Source: a virus
Length of the DNA: 64,000 bases
Virus record (IMG/VR): IMGVR_UViG_3300015263_000627
Strand: one strand, 5' to 3'
The position numbers and the translations under genes are program-made. Below are positions 10,013 to 18,761 of this stretch, one piece after another. Each line of letters starts with the position of its first letter. The first letter of the stretch is position 1. The notes under the pieces were generated by a model, which saw only the letters and a program-made list of their open reading frames with translations, was not told the DNA's origin and ran no database searches.

Positions 10013-10110
10013 ATTTAAGAGGACAATAAGATGATCAGATAGATGCATTAGGGCACCACCTTTTACTCTCCAAAATAAATTCAACCAAATTTATAACAAA
10101 GGAGAGTAAA

Positions 10111-10500
10111 ATGAAAGATTATCTTAAAACAAAATGTTGTTCACTGGCAGAAGAAGCCAAAATTATTCGCAGACTTGAACGTTCCCGTATCAAAAAGGGA
10201 CGGCGAGCCGCGTCATTAGGTAAAACCGAGGCGGCAAATTATCACTATTCAGTCTTATTCGGATTGCGCGACCATCGCACTAGAGATGTGCGACAGGAAT
10301 CTCGTCATTCGAATTTGGCGTATGGTTTTATAAAAGGTCGCGAATATAATGAAATTGAACAGTCGGCTTTCAAACAACCAAATTGGAAACGTGTTCAAAC
10401 ATTAGTGGAAAAATATGGCGAGGGGGATAAAACAATCCTACTCGAAAATTTTGCTACGTGGAAAAACAAGGCTATCGTTTCATTCGAAAAGAAAGCCTAA
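10111..10500 (+). CDS. Conserved basic hypothetical phage protein
   Basis: GGAG RBS; LKTKCCSLAEEAKIIR, VRQESRHSNLAYGFIKGR. Confidence 0.75.
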   Translation: MKDYLKTKCCSLAEEAKIIRRLERSRIKKGRRAASLGKTEAANYHYSVLFGLRDHRTRDVRQESRHSNLAYGFIKGREYNEIEQSAFKQPNWKRVQTLVEKYGEGDKTILLENFATWKNKAIVSFEKKA

Positions 10501-10508
10501 AATAAAAA

Positions 10509-10540
10509 CAGGTCCGGGGTTTATTCCGGACCTGTACTTT
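10509..10540. terminator. Intrinsic terminator between convergent units
   Basis: CAGGTCCGG/CCGGACCTG stem with A-run before and T-run after. Confidence 0.75.
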
Positions 10541-10594
10541 CACCCGCATTTAGACAATCAGGAGGTGATACAAAAACGCAGGTGAGGGGCGAGC

Positions 10595-10798
10595 TTAGGA
10601 AGCCATTCGGTAATAATTTACCCGATTGCCGTTCGAACCCCGCGTATTCAGGTAAATGGTATTACCCTCATTACGAAGATCACGAACTGCCGCCGAAACG
10701 CTATTCAAGCCGGTCTTACGCTGGCATTGCGTAACCGGATGGTTCTTACTATCGCTTAGAAGCCTGAATAGCTTGTCGATCTTAGTCAGCTTAGTCAT
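10595..10798 (-). CDS. Small winged-HTH DNA-binding protein
   Basis: SVSAAVRDLRNEGNTI helix plus wing; GGAG RBS; own promoter. Confidence 0.6.
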   Translation of the reverse strand: MTKLTKIDKLFRLLSDSKNHPVTQCQRKTGLNSVSAAVRDLRNEGNTIYLNTRGSNGNRVNYYRMAS

Positions 10799-10856
10799 TA
10801 TTAATTTCTCCTTGTTTTAAATTCGCCGCGAATAAAGATTCACAAGCCTATTGTCT

Positions 10857-10885
10857 ATAGTATCACACCTTGGGATCAGAGTCAA
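10857..10885 (-). promoter_or_regulatory. sigma70-type promoter
   Basis: TTGACT-17 nt-TACTAT on minus strand. Confidence 0.75.
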
Positions 10886-11039
10886 GCGTTTTTTTCACGT
10901 CCCTTACATATATTTTCCACAAATTTTTATGGACATATTTATAAGGTCCCAATAATTGTTTTACGTTGACTAGGCGATAAGCTTCATCATCCGGACGGCG
11001 TAATATTTCACCGGTTTTTATATTTTGAATTGTTTTCAT

Positions 11040-11489
11040 TTAGTTATCAAACCAAAATACAATGCGATAATTATCGAAAAATTTATCATCATTTTCATCA
11101 TATTTTTCTACCCCGAAATAATAACTTTCGGGATATTTTTCTCTATATCCATTTTCTTCGGCAAGTTGATATTCAGTTTCCAAGAATATTTTAGAAGCCT
11201 CTTTCAATGGCAACCATGAATGAGAATGACCATCCCCACCCCATTGAGCAACCATTTCTTGGGTAGTTTCGGAAATATCAAGGGGAAGTCCACGCGCCGC
11301 AGGTCCGTTTCCTCTTACTCCTGCCAATGCAGCAAAACGTTCATAATTCCGCCCTCTGGCTACGGGAGAATCCCAATCAAATTCGCCTTTTTTGGCATAT
11401 AACCGATGATGACCAAGGAAGGTATCAATCCCCACCCATTTGCCGTCTTTTCGGCGTTTTTCTAAAACTAGATGAATATCGCAACTCAT
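11040..11489 (-). CDS. Conserved hypothetical phage protein
   Basis: MSCDIH, RNYERFAALAGVR, DGHSHSWL, YRIVFWFDN. Confidence 0.75.
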   Translation of the reverse strand: MSCDIHLVLEKRRKDGKWVGIDTFLGHHRLYAKKGEFDWDSPVARGRNYERFAALAGVRGNGPAARGLPLDISETTQEMVAQWGGDGHSHSWLPLKEASKIFLETEYQLAEENGYREKYPESYYFGVEKYDENDDKFFDNYRIVFWFDN

Positions 11490-11490
11490 T

Positions 11491-11721
11491 TTATCCCTCT
11501 ACTGTCTCTATTGGTTGCCATGTAATCTCTCCCGTAGAACGATTCCAATATGCCTGTTCGAGAACTTTTTCATCAGGTATATAATTACCCGTAAGAGGAT
11601 CAGTTGTCCAATGCCTAATAATTCGCCAACGCAAGGCAGTTGTTCTTTCTATAATAGCACTTTCTTCCGGTTTATTCATTACGATTTTCATATTCTTTTG
11701 CCCGTTCTTCAAGATCATCAA
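11491..11721 (-). CDS. Hypothetical protein
   Basis: LRW...VLEQAYW...WQPIETV; operon packing. Confidence 0.55.
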   Translation of the reverse strand: MMILKNGQKNMKIVMNKPEESAIIERTTALRWRIIRHWTTDPLTGNYIPDEKVLEQAYWNRSTGEITWQPIETVEG

Positions 11722-12265
11722 TAGAACAATCGAAGATCATTTCTTCATTTTCAGGATTAGCGTTATCCCAAAAATTGGTAGAAAATGCTTTCACCCGCAA
11801 TTCATTTTGATTGCCTTTATAAATTTCATAGCGATATTCGATATCGCCCGGGGCTACATCATAAACCTCTTGACCCCTTCCGGAATGAAGCAAACGAACA
11901 CCCCCACCCGATAAATCGGAATCCGGATAAGGATTTTCTAATTTTACAATTGCTTCACCAATATTTCCTCCGAAACGATTAGCGTTCGATTTTTTTAAAT
12001 TTTCGGGTTTTCTTGTTTTCTCTATTCCCTCAATAAATTGATCATCACACCACCAAGGTAATTTATTGGCAGTTATAAATGCAGCCGCAAATTCGTCCGC
12101 TTCATAACGGGGCAAATGCCATGCAAAGATTAGAGCTTGTTTTATTGATTTTGCGGCTCTGGTGGGATAATTATCCGAATGTTTATAAACGTGGTAAGTG
12201 CGACCATCGCCCATACCCCATTCAGGATCGTTATCGATAAATGAATAAACTCCGCGTGTGGACAT
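11672..12265 (-). CDS. Conserved hypothetical phage early protein
   Basis: MSTRGVYSF...YKHSDNYP...DIEYRYEI. Confidence 0.7.
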   Translation of the reverse strand: MSTRGVYSFIDNDPEWGMGDGRTYHVYKHSDNYPTRAAKSIKQALIFAWHLPRYEADEFAAAFITANKLPWWCDDQFIEGIEKTRKPENLKKSNANRFGGNIGEAIVKLENPYPDSDLSGGGVRLLHSGRGQEVYDVAPGDIEYRYEIYKGNQNELRVKAFSTNFWDNANPENEEMIFDCSIDDLEERAKEYENRNE

Positions 12266-12372
12266 TTCAACCCCTATACATATTGATTGCTGTTCCAATT
12301 AGAAAGCACAATGATCCAGCAATATAAAACCAATTTGCCATAATTCTTCCTGTGCCGAATCCAGTTTGTTAT

Positions 12373-12476
12373 ATCGGCTTTAGTGCACGGATTTACCCCA
12401 CACCGCTGGAAATAACGTCAGGTGTTTAGGAGGCGACCTGACGCGCCTATTTCGCGGACTGAGCTTAAGTGCCGAC
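12373..12476 (-). ncRNA. Candidate structured RNA / attenuator
   Basis: GC-rich intergenic stretch with nested stems GUCGGC/GCCGAU, CCGC/GCGG, GAAAUA/UAUUUC, CGUCAGG/CCUGACG. Confidence 0.4.
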
Positions 12477-12488
12477 CACGCCTAACTT

Positions 12489-12968
12489 TTACGCTACTCC
12501 TGCCAGCTTTTGCTTCGCTGCCCGTAACTGGGCGCGAATATCATCCATTGCCTTTTTCTTTTCAACAACCGGGGCGGTAGCCTTGACCGGCTTTACCTTT
12601 GGCTTGATTTCAACAATGACTTGCTTGACCGGCTTTTCTACCGTTTTCTTGGCTTTGTTCTTGCTGCCCTTGGGACGACCACGCTTCCTCGGAACCTTAT
12701 TCAATTCCGCTTCAGCTTGGGCGATCTTGCCACGCAAAAACTCCACCATTCCCGCTTGCGTAATGTGCTGCACCAAATGCTTCATGGCATCCAGCTTAGA
12801 CATTACATGGGGAAGGTGGACAAACCGAAATTCGGTATGACCTTTGGTTGCAACTTGGAATAGCTGCAACTTTTCTGTCCGACCCGACACGTTCAACTTA
12901 TACGTGCCATTGATGCAGGACACACCCGCGACCTTTATCTGTCGGGGCTTCTTTGTTTTATCGCTCAT
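12489..12968 (-). CDS. Lys-rich protein with AT-hook motif
   Basis: RKRGRPKG, histone-like C-terminal tail; first gene after an early promoter. Confidence 0.7.
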   Translation of the reverse strand: MSDKTKKPRQIKVAGVSCINGTYKLNVSGRTEKLQLFQVATKGHTEFRFVHLPHVMSKLDAMKHLVQHITQAGMVEFLRGKIAQAEAELNKVPRKRGRPKGSKNKAKKTVEKPVKQVIVEIKPKVKPVKATAPVVEKKKAMDDIRAQLRAAKQKLAGVA

Positions 12969-13010
12969 TATATAAAGTTTTCCTCATAGGTTGTAGTCAC
13001 CATGGTTCTA

Positions 13011-13071
13011 AGTATGCCTGAAAACTGGTTCAAAGTCAAGTTTTTTATTTTTCAATGATATCAATGGGTTA
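13011..13071 (-). promoter_or_regulatory. Early promoter with upstream IHF-consensus site
   Basis: TTGACT-17-CATACT on minus strand; TATCAATGGGTTA at 13059-13071. Confidence 0.75.
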
Positions 13072-13165
13072 TAGAGCCATGCTTTTTTTGTAATAGAGCT
13101 ATGCGTTTAGGACATACCAATCAGGGTTGTATTTGAAATAATTATAAAATTTCTGATTATCCGGC

Positions 13166-13226
13166 TAACTCATTGATATCATTATGAAACAAAATTGTTG
13201 ACTTAGGGGTGGGGCTATGGTAGGCT
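13166..13226 (+). promoter_or_regulatory. Early promoter with upstream IHF-consensus site
   Basis: TAACTCATTGATA at 13166; TTGACT-17-TAGGCT at 13198-13226. Confidence 0.7.
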
Positions 13227-13234
13227 TTATTCAC

Positions 13235-13408
13235 ATGAAAATAATGTCCTTCAATGAACGATTCACCCGCGCCTTTCTTACGGCGATTTTATATATGTTA
13301 GCTATACATTATATAGCTCCAAATAATGGATCATTCAATGCTGTAGTGCTTTATATAACTTTTATGTTTTTGAGCGCAATGCAATATTTCGAAGGGAAAG
13401 TGTCTTGA
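13235..13408 (+). CDS. Small membrane protein
   Basis: Two hydrophobic helices; first gene after promoter. Confidence 0.5.
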   Translation: MKIMSFNERFTRAFLTAILYMLAIHYIAPNNGSFNAVVLYITFMFLSAMQYFEGKVS

Positions 13409-13611
13409 CTGAAACGCCAAAATTATGCACTACCTATGTCCGTCCCGCGCAAGCGAACAATTCATGGGAATATGGAATCGTCGCGCCGCTAGGTGATGGC
13501 AGGGAGCGATTTATTCCGCGCGGTTGGGCGAGCAAGGATATTGCTGATGCCCGCGCCGCCGATCTTGCGGCTACCGGCGATGAATATTTAGAAAGTCTAA
13601 AGAGGCTATAA
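13405..13611 (+). CDS. Hypothetical early protein
   Basis: TTG start with AGGGA RBS; coupled. Confidence 0.55.
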   Translation: MTETPKLCTTYVRPAQANNSWEYGIVAPLGDGRERFIPRGWASKDIADARAADLAATGDEYLESLKRL

Positions 13612-13865
13612 TGACTCAAAAACCTGAATTGTTAGGATACATTGTGTCCGATACCCCGTATAACCGGGAATTTTTTCCATATCTAATTGGGCGCGGCTTT
13701 GCGGCTCCCCCGGGATATGAACAAATTTTGCCCTATCGGTCCATCAAAACCGAAGGGTTTTATGCTATCCCCAAGGCGGTGGAACCGGAGAAATCCGATC
13801 CAATTTTAGAAACCATTGACCCATCTTGGGCTGACGATGGTTCCGATCCGGGAAAATCCGAATAA
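13611..13865 (+). CDS. Hypothetical early protein
   Basis: TAATG coupling. Confidence 0.55.
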   Translation: MTQKPELLGYIVSDTPYNREFFPYLIGRGFAAPPGYEQILPYRSIKTEGFYAIPKAVEPEKSDPILETIDPSWADDGSDPGKSE

Positions 13866-13922
13866 CCCCTTGATTTTCCATCGTTCTTAGTTCTTGACTC
13901 GAACCCGAATCTATGGTAAAAT
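13863..13922 (+). promoter_or_regulatory. Early promoter module with IHF-consensus site
   Basis: TAACCCCTTGATTTT...TTCTTAGTTCTTGACT-17-TAAAAT. Confidence 0.75.
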
Positions 13923-13930
13923 TATAAACA

Positions 13931-14134
13931 ATGTCGAGATATTCTGACCGCTTCGAAGAAATCTATATGCCGATCCCGGCAGGCACAAAAGTCCGGGACC
14001 ATCATGGCGACCTTGGCATTATTGTTCGCTGTCTTTCCCCTAAAAACACAAAATACACTGTTCGCTTCGAAGATGGCGATGCTATTCGATTTGTGGGCGA
14101 TCTAACCGTTATATATGATAACGACAAATACTGA
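13931..14134 (+). CDS. Hypothetical early protein (SH3-like beta barrel possible)
   Basis: GTKVRD...GII...YTVRFEDG. Confidence 0.55.
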   Translation: MSRYSDRFEEIYMPIPAGTKVRDHHGDLGIIVRCLSPKNTKYTVRFEDGDAIRFVGDLTVIYDNDKY

Positions 14135-14379
14135 TGGAAACATTTATTTTCAAACGTTATCGAATTGTCCGCATTGATACAATGAACGGTAAACGGACAT
14201 TTTTATGGTCATATGACCATGAAGATGATGCCAAAGCTTGTCTAAATGACTACCAAAACGATCCGGATAAATTATCGTTTCATAGCTATGAAATGGTAGA
14301 TTCGGGGGTTCCATACGTTGAGATTGAATTGCTCGATATACCCCGATCCATCTTAGCTAAATTTGAGGAAAAGAAATGA
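14134..14379 (+). CDS. Hypothetical early protein
   Basis: Coupled start/stop. Confidence 0.6.
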   Translation: METFIFKRYRIVRIDTMNGKRTFLWSYDHEDDAKACLNDYQNDPDKLSFHSYEMVDSGVPYVEIELLDIPRSILAKFEEKK

Positions 14380-14996
14380 ACGTCGAACCTGTTGAAACAA
14401 AAACCGTTGGACTTTTTACCGTAAAGATATTTCCCGATTATGGAAATGATCAAGAATGTCCCCTTGATGGTTGGGATAATGATATCAAATTTGTAACATT
14501 TGAAAGACGTTCTACTCTCTCAAATTATCACGATTTTGATAAACCTGACGATGTTGAAAAGTGGGCGAAAAAGAATCGTTATGAAGTCTTTCCGCTTTTC
14601 AAGTATGAACATGGCTTAGTTTCCTATTCAACTAGTTCATTCCGGGGGCGAGCGCATCATGCCGAATGGGATTCAGGACCGGTAGGGTTTGTTCTGATCA
14701 AGAAATCGGCATATCGCAAGCCTGCTAAACGTGCCGAGATTGCCGAAAGCATTTGCCAAAGTGTGACCAAATGGTGCAACGGTGAGTATTACGGTTACAC
14801 TATTGAACAGGACGATGAAATTATTGAATCCTGTTGGGGATTTGAAGATTCCGATTATTGTCTTTCGGAAGCTATGAATTTGGCTAAATTTCTTACCAAA
14901 GAACCAAAAATGTGTGATGAATGTGGAGTCAATAGAGCCGATCCACCCTCAAAACTTTGTCCCGGTTGCCAAGCTTATAAGGAACATACCCAATGA
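14376..14996 (+). CDS. Conserved hypothetical early protein
   Basis: YEHGLVSYS, WDSGPVG, WCNGEYYGY, ESCWGF; C-terminal CxxC-CxxC. Confidence 0.7.
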   Translation: MNVEPVETKTVGLFTVKIFPDYGNDQECPLDGWDNDIKFVTFERRSTLSNYHDFDKPDDVEKWAKKNRYEVFPLFKYEHGLVSYSTSSFRGRAHHAEWDSGPVGFVLIKKSAYRKPAKRAEIAESICQSVTKWCNGEYYGYTIEQDDEIIESCWGFEDSDYCLSEAMNLAKFLTKEPKMCDECGVNRADPPSKLCPGCQAYKEHTQ

Positions 14997-15244
14997 ACAA
15001 TTTTGATATATTTTTTGTAATATTTTATATAATTTTGGGAGTTCCAGCTATGGCTTGGGTAATGATTCAATCTTTTCAACAAACTTTGACTTGGGGTATT
15101 CTCTTATATTCTATCGTAATTGGTCCGTTTATCGGATTACCCATTCTTCTTCTTGTGTTTTTAGTCTTAGGTATAATAAAACTTTTCTCCTATGAATTTT
15201 GGAATAAACCGGTATTCAAAAAAAGGAAAAAATATGCTCAATAA
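14993..15244 (+). CDS. Hypothetical membrane protein
   Basis: Two TM helices, basic tail. Confidence 0.6.
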   Translation: MNNFDIFFVIFYIILGVPAMAWVMIQSFQQTLTWGILLYSIVIGPFIGLPILLLVFLVLGIIKLFSYEFWNKPVFKKRKKYAQ

Positions 15245-15392
15245 GGAAGCCGTCGAAAATTTTATCAAGAATGATCGTCAATGGACTCGTCCTATGCGGA
15301 TAGCTCATGCGAAATATCAGCTATCCATCGCCAAAAACGCCGATGATAAGGAATTTTGGACGGAAATTCTGAATCGTAATGAAGGGGAATGA
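15234..15392 (+). CDS. Hypothetical protein
   Basis: AGGA RBS; coupled. Confidence 0.5.
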   Translation: MLNKEAVENFIKNDRQWTRPMRIAHAKYQLSIAKNADDKEFWTEILNRNEGE

Positions 15393-15393
15393 A

Positions 15394-15876
15394 ATGAGTC
15401 ATACAGTCTCTAATCACGACGAAATCATCGATTCACGCGATGTTATCGATCAGCTTGAAACGTTGGAAGATCAGTATCAAGAATTGAAGGATGCTGTTCA
15501 AGATTCATCCGATCAAATAGATACTATCGATGATGAAGATAATGAATATGATAAAAAAGAACTTATAGAAAGTTATGAAAGTGCCAAGATATCCTTAGAA
15601 CTTTGGGAGCAGGATAATCTTGCTGAATTGAAGGTTTTGCGAGATTTTGCCGAAGAAGGTGAATCATTGTCGCGAGATTGGCGGCATGGCGAAACCCTGA
15701 TTCGTGAGGATTATTGGGTCGATTATGTGAAACAAATGCTTGAGGATTGTGGCGACCTTCCCCGCGATCTTCCGGACTATATCGAAATTGATTGGGATAA
15801 AACCGCCAATAATATTGCGATGGATTATTCTACATTGGAATTTGATGGGGTAACTTACTATATTAGGAGTTCGTGA
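15394..15876 (+). CDS. Highly acidic ArdA-like antirestriction (DNA-mimic) protein
   Basis: Asp/Glu-rich; LPDYIEIDWDKTANNIAMDY resembles the ArdA C-terminal YIDYEAIARDL motif. Confidence 0.6.
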   Translation: MSHTVSNHDEIIDSRDVIDQLETLEDQYQELKDAVQDSSDQIDTIDDEDNEYDKKELIESYESAKISLELWEQDNLAELKVLRDFAEEGESLSRDWRHGETLIREDYWVDYVKQMLEDCGDLPRDLPDYIEIDWDKTANNIAMDYSTLEFDGVTYYIRSS

Positions 15877-16028
15877 TGAATAAAGCAAAAAAGATTGTCG
15901 AAACCATTCTTGACGATATGACAGATCGTGGTGGATTGTCGGGAGTATGGGATATGATTGATGATGATATCCAAGAGGAAATCAAGGAAACTTGGGTCAA
16001 ATTAGTCGAAAAAATATTGAAAAAATGA
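15876..16028 (+). CDS. Small acidic hypothetical protein (50 aa)
   Basis: Hand-translated; TGATG coupling. Confidence 0.6.
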   Translation: MNKAKKIVETILDDMTDRGGLSGVWDMIDDDIQEEIKETWVKLVEKILKK

Positions 16029-16198
16029 CCGATAAATACGTTGAAGTATTACGAAAAATAGCCGAGCAAAAACTACCGTCCGAAATGGATGATGGCGGCG
16101 AGGGTGCTGACTATGAATATGCCTATGAAGCTATTGTAAATCTTGCTCGTTATATTTTGAAAGATGATTCCAAAAATGAATCGCGAAAAGATATATGA
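16025..16198 (+). CDS. Hypothetical protein
   Basis: ATGA coupling. Confidence 0.5.
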   Translation: MTDKYVEVLRKIAEQKLPSEMDDGGEGADYEYAYEAIVNLARYILKDDSKNESRKDI

Positions 16199-16505
16199 AC
16201 AGTATAAAGTAAAAATGGGTTTTATAGCTTCCCCCGGCAAGTTCGAGGGCGAGCCGGTATATGCTCCATATTTCTATGACATTTCCCTATATGATTGTGT
16301 AGAAATGTATAATGAGGATTGTTTTTCGGAGGTTATTATCAAAATTAAACCGGAAGATCGTGAAATGTTTCCGGAAATAACTGCCGTAGCCGAATATGTT
16401 AGTGTGCAGGAAAATGGTGATGGATTTGTAAAAATCCAACTATTAACTGAACAGGATTTTGAAAAAATCCAAGCCTATTATGAATTATGGGATAGTGATT
16501 TTTAA
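16164..16505 (+). CDS. Acidic hypothetical protein
   Basis: SPGKFEGEPVYAPYFY. Confidence 0.6.
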   Translation: MIPKMNREKIYEQYKVKMGFIASPGKFEGEPVYAPYFYDISLYDCVEMYNEDCFSEVIIKIKPEDREMFPEITAVAEYVSVQENGDGFVKIQLLTEQDFEKIQAYYELWDSDF

Positions 16506-17053
16506 GAGCCGTAATTACAAAGCCATCCTTTATGATGGTTATATTTACCTTTTGCAACATGAGTAAGAGCCGCTTGAGAAAGATTGTATTCTCTTGAAAA
16601 TTTACTTAAATTACGAATTTTAAATACTTTATTTTGAGGACTAATTAATATATAATTTTTAGATCGAAGATTGGCGTTTTTAGCAGCAATATTTGGTAAT
16701 TTCATTGGATTGTTTTTATACATTCTTTCTTTTACATGAGGTAAATTATTAGGATTACGTTTATCAAACATATATGGTCCTGCTCCACCACTTCCTTCTT
16801 CTATCCGGAGGTTTGCCCATTGATCAGATTCGACAATATTCCAGACTTTAGAGTAAAAAGTACCAGCTTCTTTTAATTCTTCGGGGGTATTATAAGTTCC
16901 AACAATATAGGTGGATATATCAGTACCATGAATTTTTATATGATTTTTCCAATATTTTCCTGATCCATTATATTGGTAAGGATTATGTTTAGTATAACCC
17001 AAATATTTCAATCTAGTTTTATTATGTTGTTTGATATAAAGATAAAACATCAA
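16502..17053 (-). CDS. GIY-YIG (Seg-like) homing endonuclease with NUMOD1-like tail
   Basis: FYLYIKQH...KYLGYT, YNGSGKYW; C-terminal NLSKFSREYNLS...HHKGW. Confidence 0.85.
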   Translation of the reverse strand: MMFYLYIKQHNKTRLKYLGYTKHNPYQYNGSGKYWKNHIKIHGTDISTYIVGTYNTPEELKEAGTFYSKVWNIVESDQWANLRIEEGSGGAGPYMFDKRNPNNLPHVKERMYKNNPMKLPNIAAKNANLRSKNYILISPQNKVFKIRNLSKFSREYNLSQAALTHVAKGKYNHHKGWLCNYGS

Positions 17054-17352
17054 TTTTTGAATCTTCGTTTAGCATTTGTATAAAATTGTTTAAGAGAAGC
17101 CATACTTGCACCACATACCTTATTGTTTTCATCTAATCGAACAATTAATCGAGCTACCTCTAAATCTGTAAGAGTTTCAGGTTTAGGTAAATTAGCTAAT
17201 TGTGGACAAGAATACATACTATCCGGGGGAGCAACCACGATGTATTTGTCCTGCACGATAATTTGGGGAGGATTCATAAATTTAGCAAGACTTTCACAAC
17301 CACCTAACATCGATCCTAAACCAATAATTAATAATATTCTAAACATGATCAT
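17050..17352 (-). CDS. o-spanin (Rz1-like lipoprotein)
   Basis: Lipobox LGGC, Pro-rich, overlaps i-spanin end. Confidence 0.8.
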   Translation of the reverse strand: MIMFRILLIIGLGSMLGGCESLAKFMNPPQIIVQDKYIVVAPPDSMYSCPQLANLPKPETLTDLEVARLIVRLDENNKVCGASMASLKQFYTNAKRRFKN

Positions 17353-17759
17353 TTTCCTAATTGTCTAATTGTTTCTTTTAATATTTGAGAAGATTCTCGA
17401 TTTGCCTTAGCCGCTTCGGTAGAATCAAGAAATGCATCCAATTTATCATTTTTAGTATTAATATTTTGAATAGTTGCTGCTAATTCGGCGGATAATCTCT
17501 TTTCTGCCTCAACCAAATATTTGGTATCTTCGGCAAATTGTTTTTGGTTTTTTAAAACCTGTTCTAATTGTGCTTTTTGATCTTTTAGTAATTGGGTTTG
17601 AGAAGCATTATGGGAAATTGACCAATACAGACCAGAAATCAAAGCGATAACTCCAATTCCCAATAGTAAATATCCTGAAAGTTCAGCCCAAATACTCCCA
17701 AGACCGGTCCAAACTGCTATACCTGCACCTTTAATAACCTTCAAAAAAGACATTGACAA
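17349..17759 (-). CDS. i-spanin (Rz-like)
   Basis: N-terminal TM helix then coiled coil; upstream of lipoprotein; late-type CTAAATA upstream. Confidence 0.75.
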   Translation of the reverse strand: MSMSFLKVIKGAGIAVWTGLGSIWAELSGYLLLGIGVIALISGLYWSISHNASQTQLLKDQKAQLEQVLKNQKQFAEDTKYLVEAEKRLSAELAATIQNINTKNDKLDAFLDSTEAAKANRESSQILKETIRQLGK

Positions 17760-17781
17760 CCTCCACCAAATGATATATTAT
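17753..17781 (+). promoter_or_regulatory. sigma70-type promoter for deacetylase operon
   Basis: TTGACA-17-TATTAT. Confidence 0.7.
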
Positions 17782-17806
17782 ATTTAGGACAACGGAGAAT
17801 ATAAAA

Positions 17807-18511
17807 ATGAAACTGACTACCCTATTTACTCTTTTTCTTATGATAGCAACTCCAACCTTGGCGGCTGAATGTATTCCGTCCCGGGTTGCTGGTCCTAATC
17901 CTATGGATAAGGTAGGCGAGGAATATGGTAAAACTGTTTCAAGTTTAAAAGATCATCAAGTTATTTTAACATTTGATGATGGTCCAAGTCCGGGAAATAC
18001 CCAAAGAGTTTTGGAAATTTTGAAAAATAATTGTATTTCGGCAGTATTTTTTGTTATTGGAGAAAAAGCACAACGGCATCAAGAGTTAGTCCGGATGATG
18101 GCTAATTATGGTCATATTGTTGGTTCTCATTCTTGGAGCCATCCCCAACCGTTCAATCGATTTTCCAATGTTGTAACAGCATCAGAAATAGATAATGGAG
18201 CCAGTATTGTTCATCAACTTGTGCCGAATAATGACCGATCATTTTTTCGTTATCCGGGATTTGGACACAATTCTTTTACCGAACATTATACTGAACGACA
18301 AGGTTTAACTGTATGGGGAGCCAATATTGATCCTAAAGATTGGAAAGAACCGGGAACAGAAACTTTAGTTCAACGCATTCTTTCGCAGCTATCTAAATTA
18401 CACCGAGGAATTATAGTTCTTCATGAAAATCATACAACTACAGTAGCAGCTTTACCATCTATTATAAAAAGCTTGCGTGAGAATGGTTATGAAATAGTGG
18501 GGATTTTTTGA
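17807..18511 (+). CDS. Exported polysaccharide deacetylase (NodB/CE4 family)
   Basis: Signal peptide; TFDDGP, HSWSHP, FRYPG, DPKDW, IIVLHE. Confidence 0.93.
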   Translation: MKLTTLFTLFLMIATPTLAAECIPSRVAGPNPMDKVGEEYGKTVSSLKDHQVILTFDDGPSPGNTQRVLEILKNNCISAVFFVIGEKAQRHQELVRMMANYGHIVGSHSWSHPQPFNRFSNVVTASEIDNGASIVHQLVPNNDRSFFRYPGFGHNSFTEHYTERQGLTVWGANIDPKDWKEPGTETLVQRILSQLSKLHRGIIVLHENHTTTVAALPSIIKSLRENGYEIVGIF

Positions 18512-18750
18512 TCTATCTTCTAGCATTTTTGGCAATGTTTGCTTTGGATTTTGTATGGGCATATTATACAAAGTCCATTCAAGATAATGCTATTATGATG
18601 GCAGGAATAACTGCCATGCTTATCCTACTTTTGAATAGTGCGGTTACTTTGAGCTATGTTGATGATCAATGGGCGATCATTCCAGCAGCTTTAGGGGCAT
18701 TTTTAGGCACTATTTCCGCCATGAAACTACATGGACCATCAAAAAGCTAA
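18508..18750 (+). CDS. Small multi-pass membrane protein
   Basis: Three hydrophobic helices. Confidence 0.65.
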   Translation: MIYLLAFLAMFALDFVWAYYTKSIQDNAIMMAGITAMLILLLNSAVTLSYVDDQWAIIPAALGAFLGTISAMKLHGPSKS

Positions 18751-18761
18751 ATATTAAAAAG

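Noticed and set aside
10629-10645. GTTCGAACCC T-loop-like sequence
   Set aside because: No acceptor or T stem; lies antisense within a coding region.
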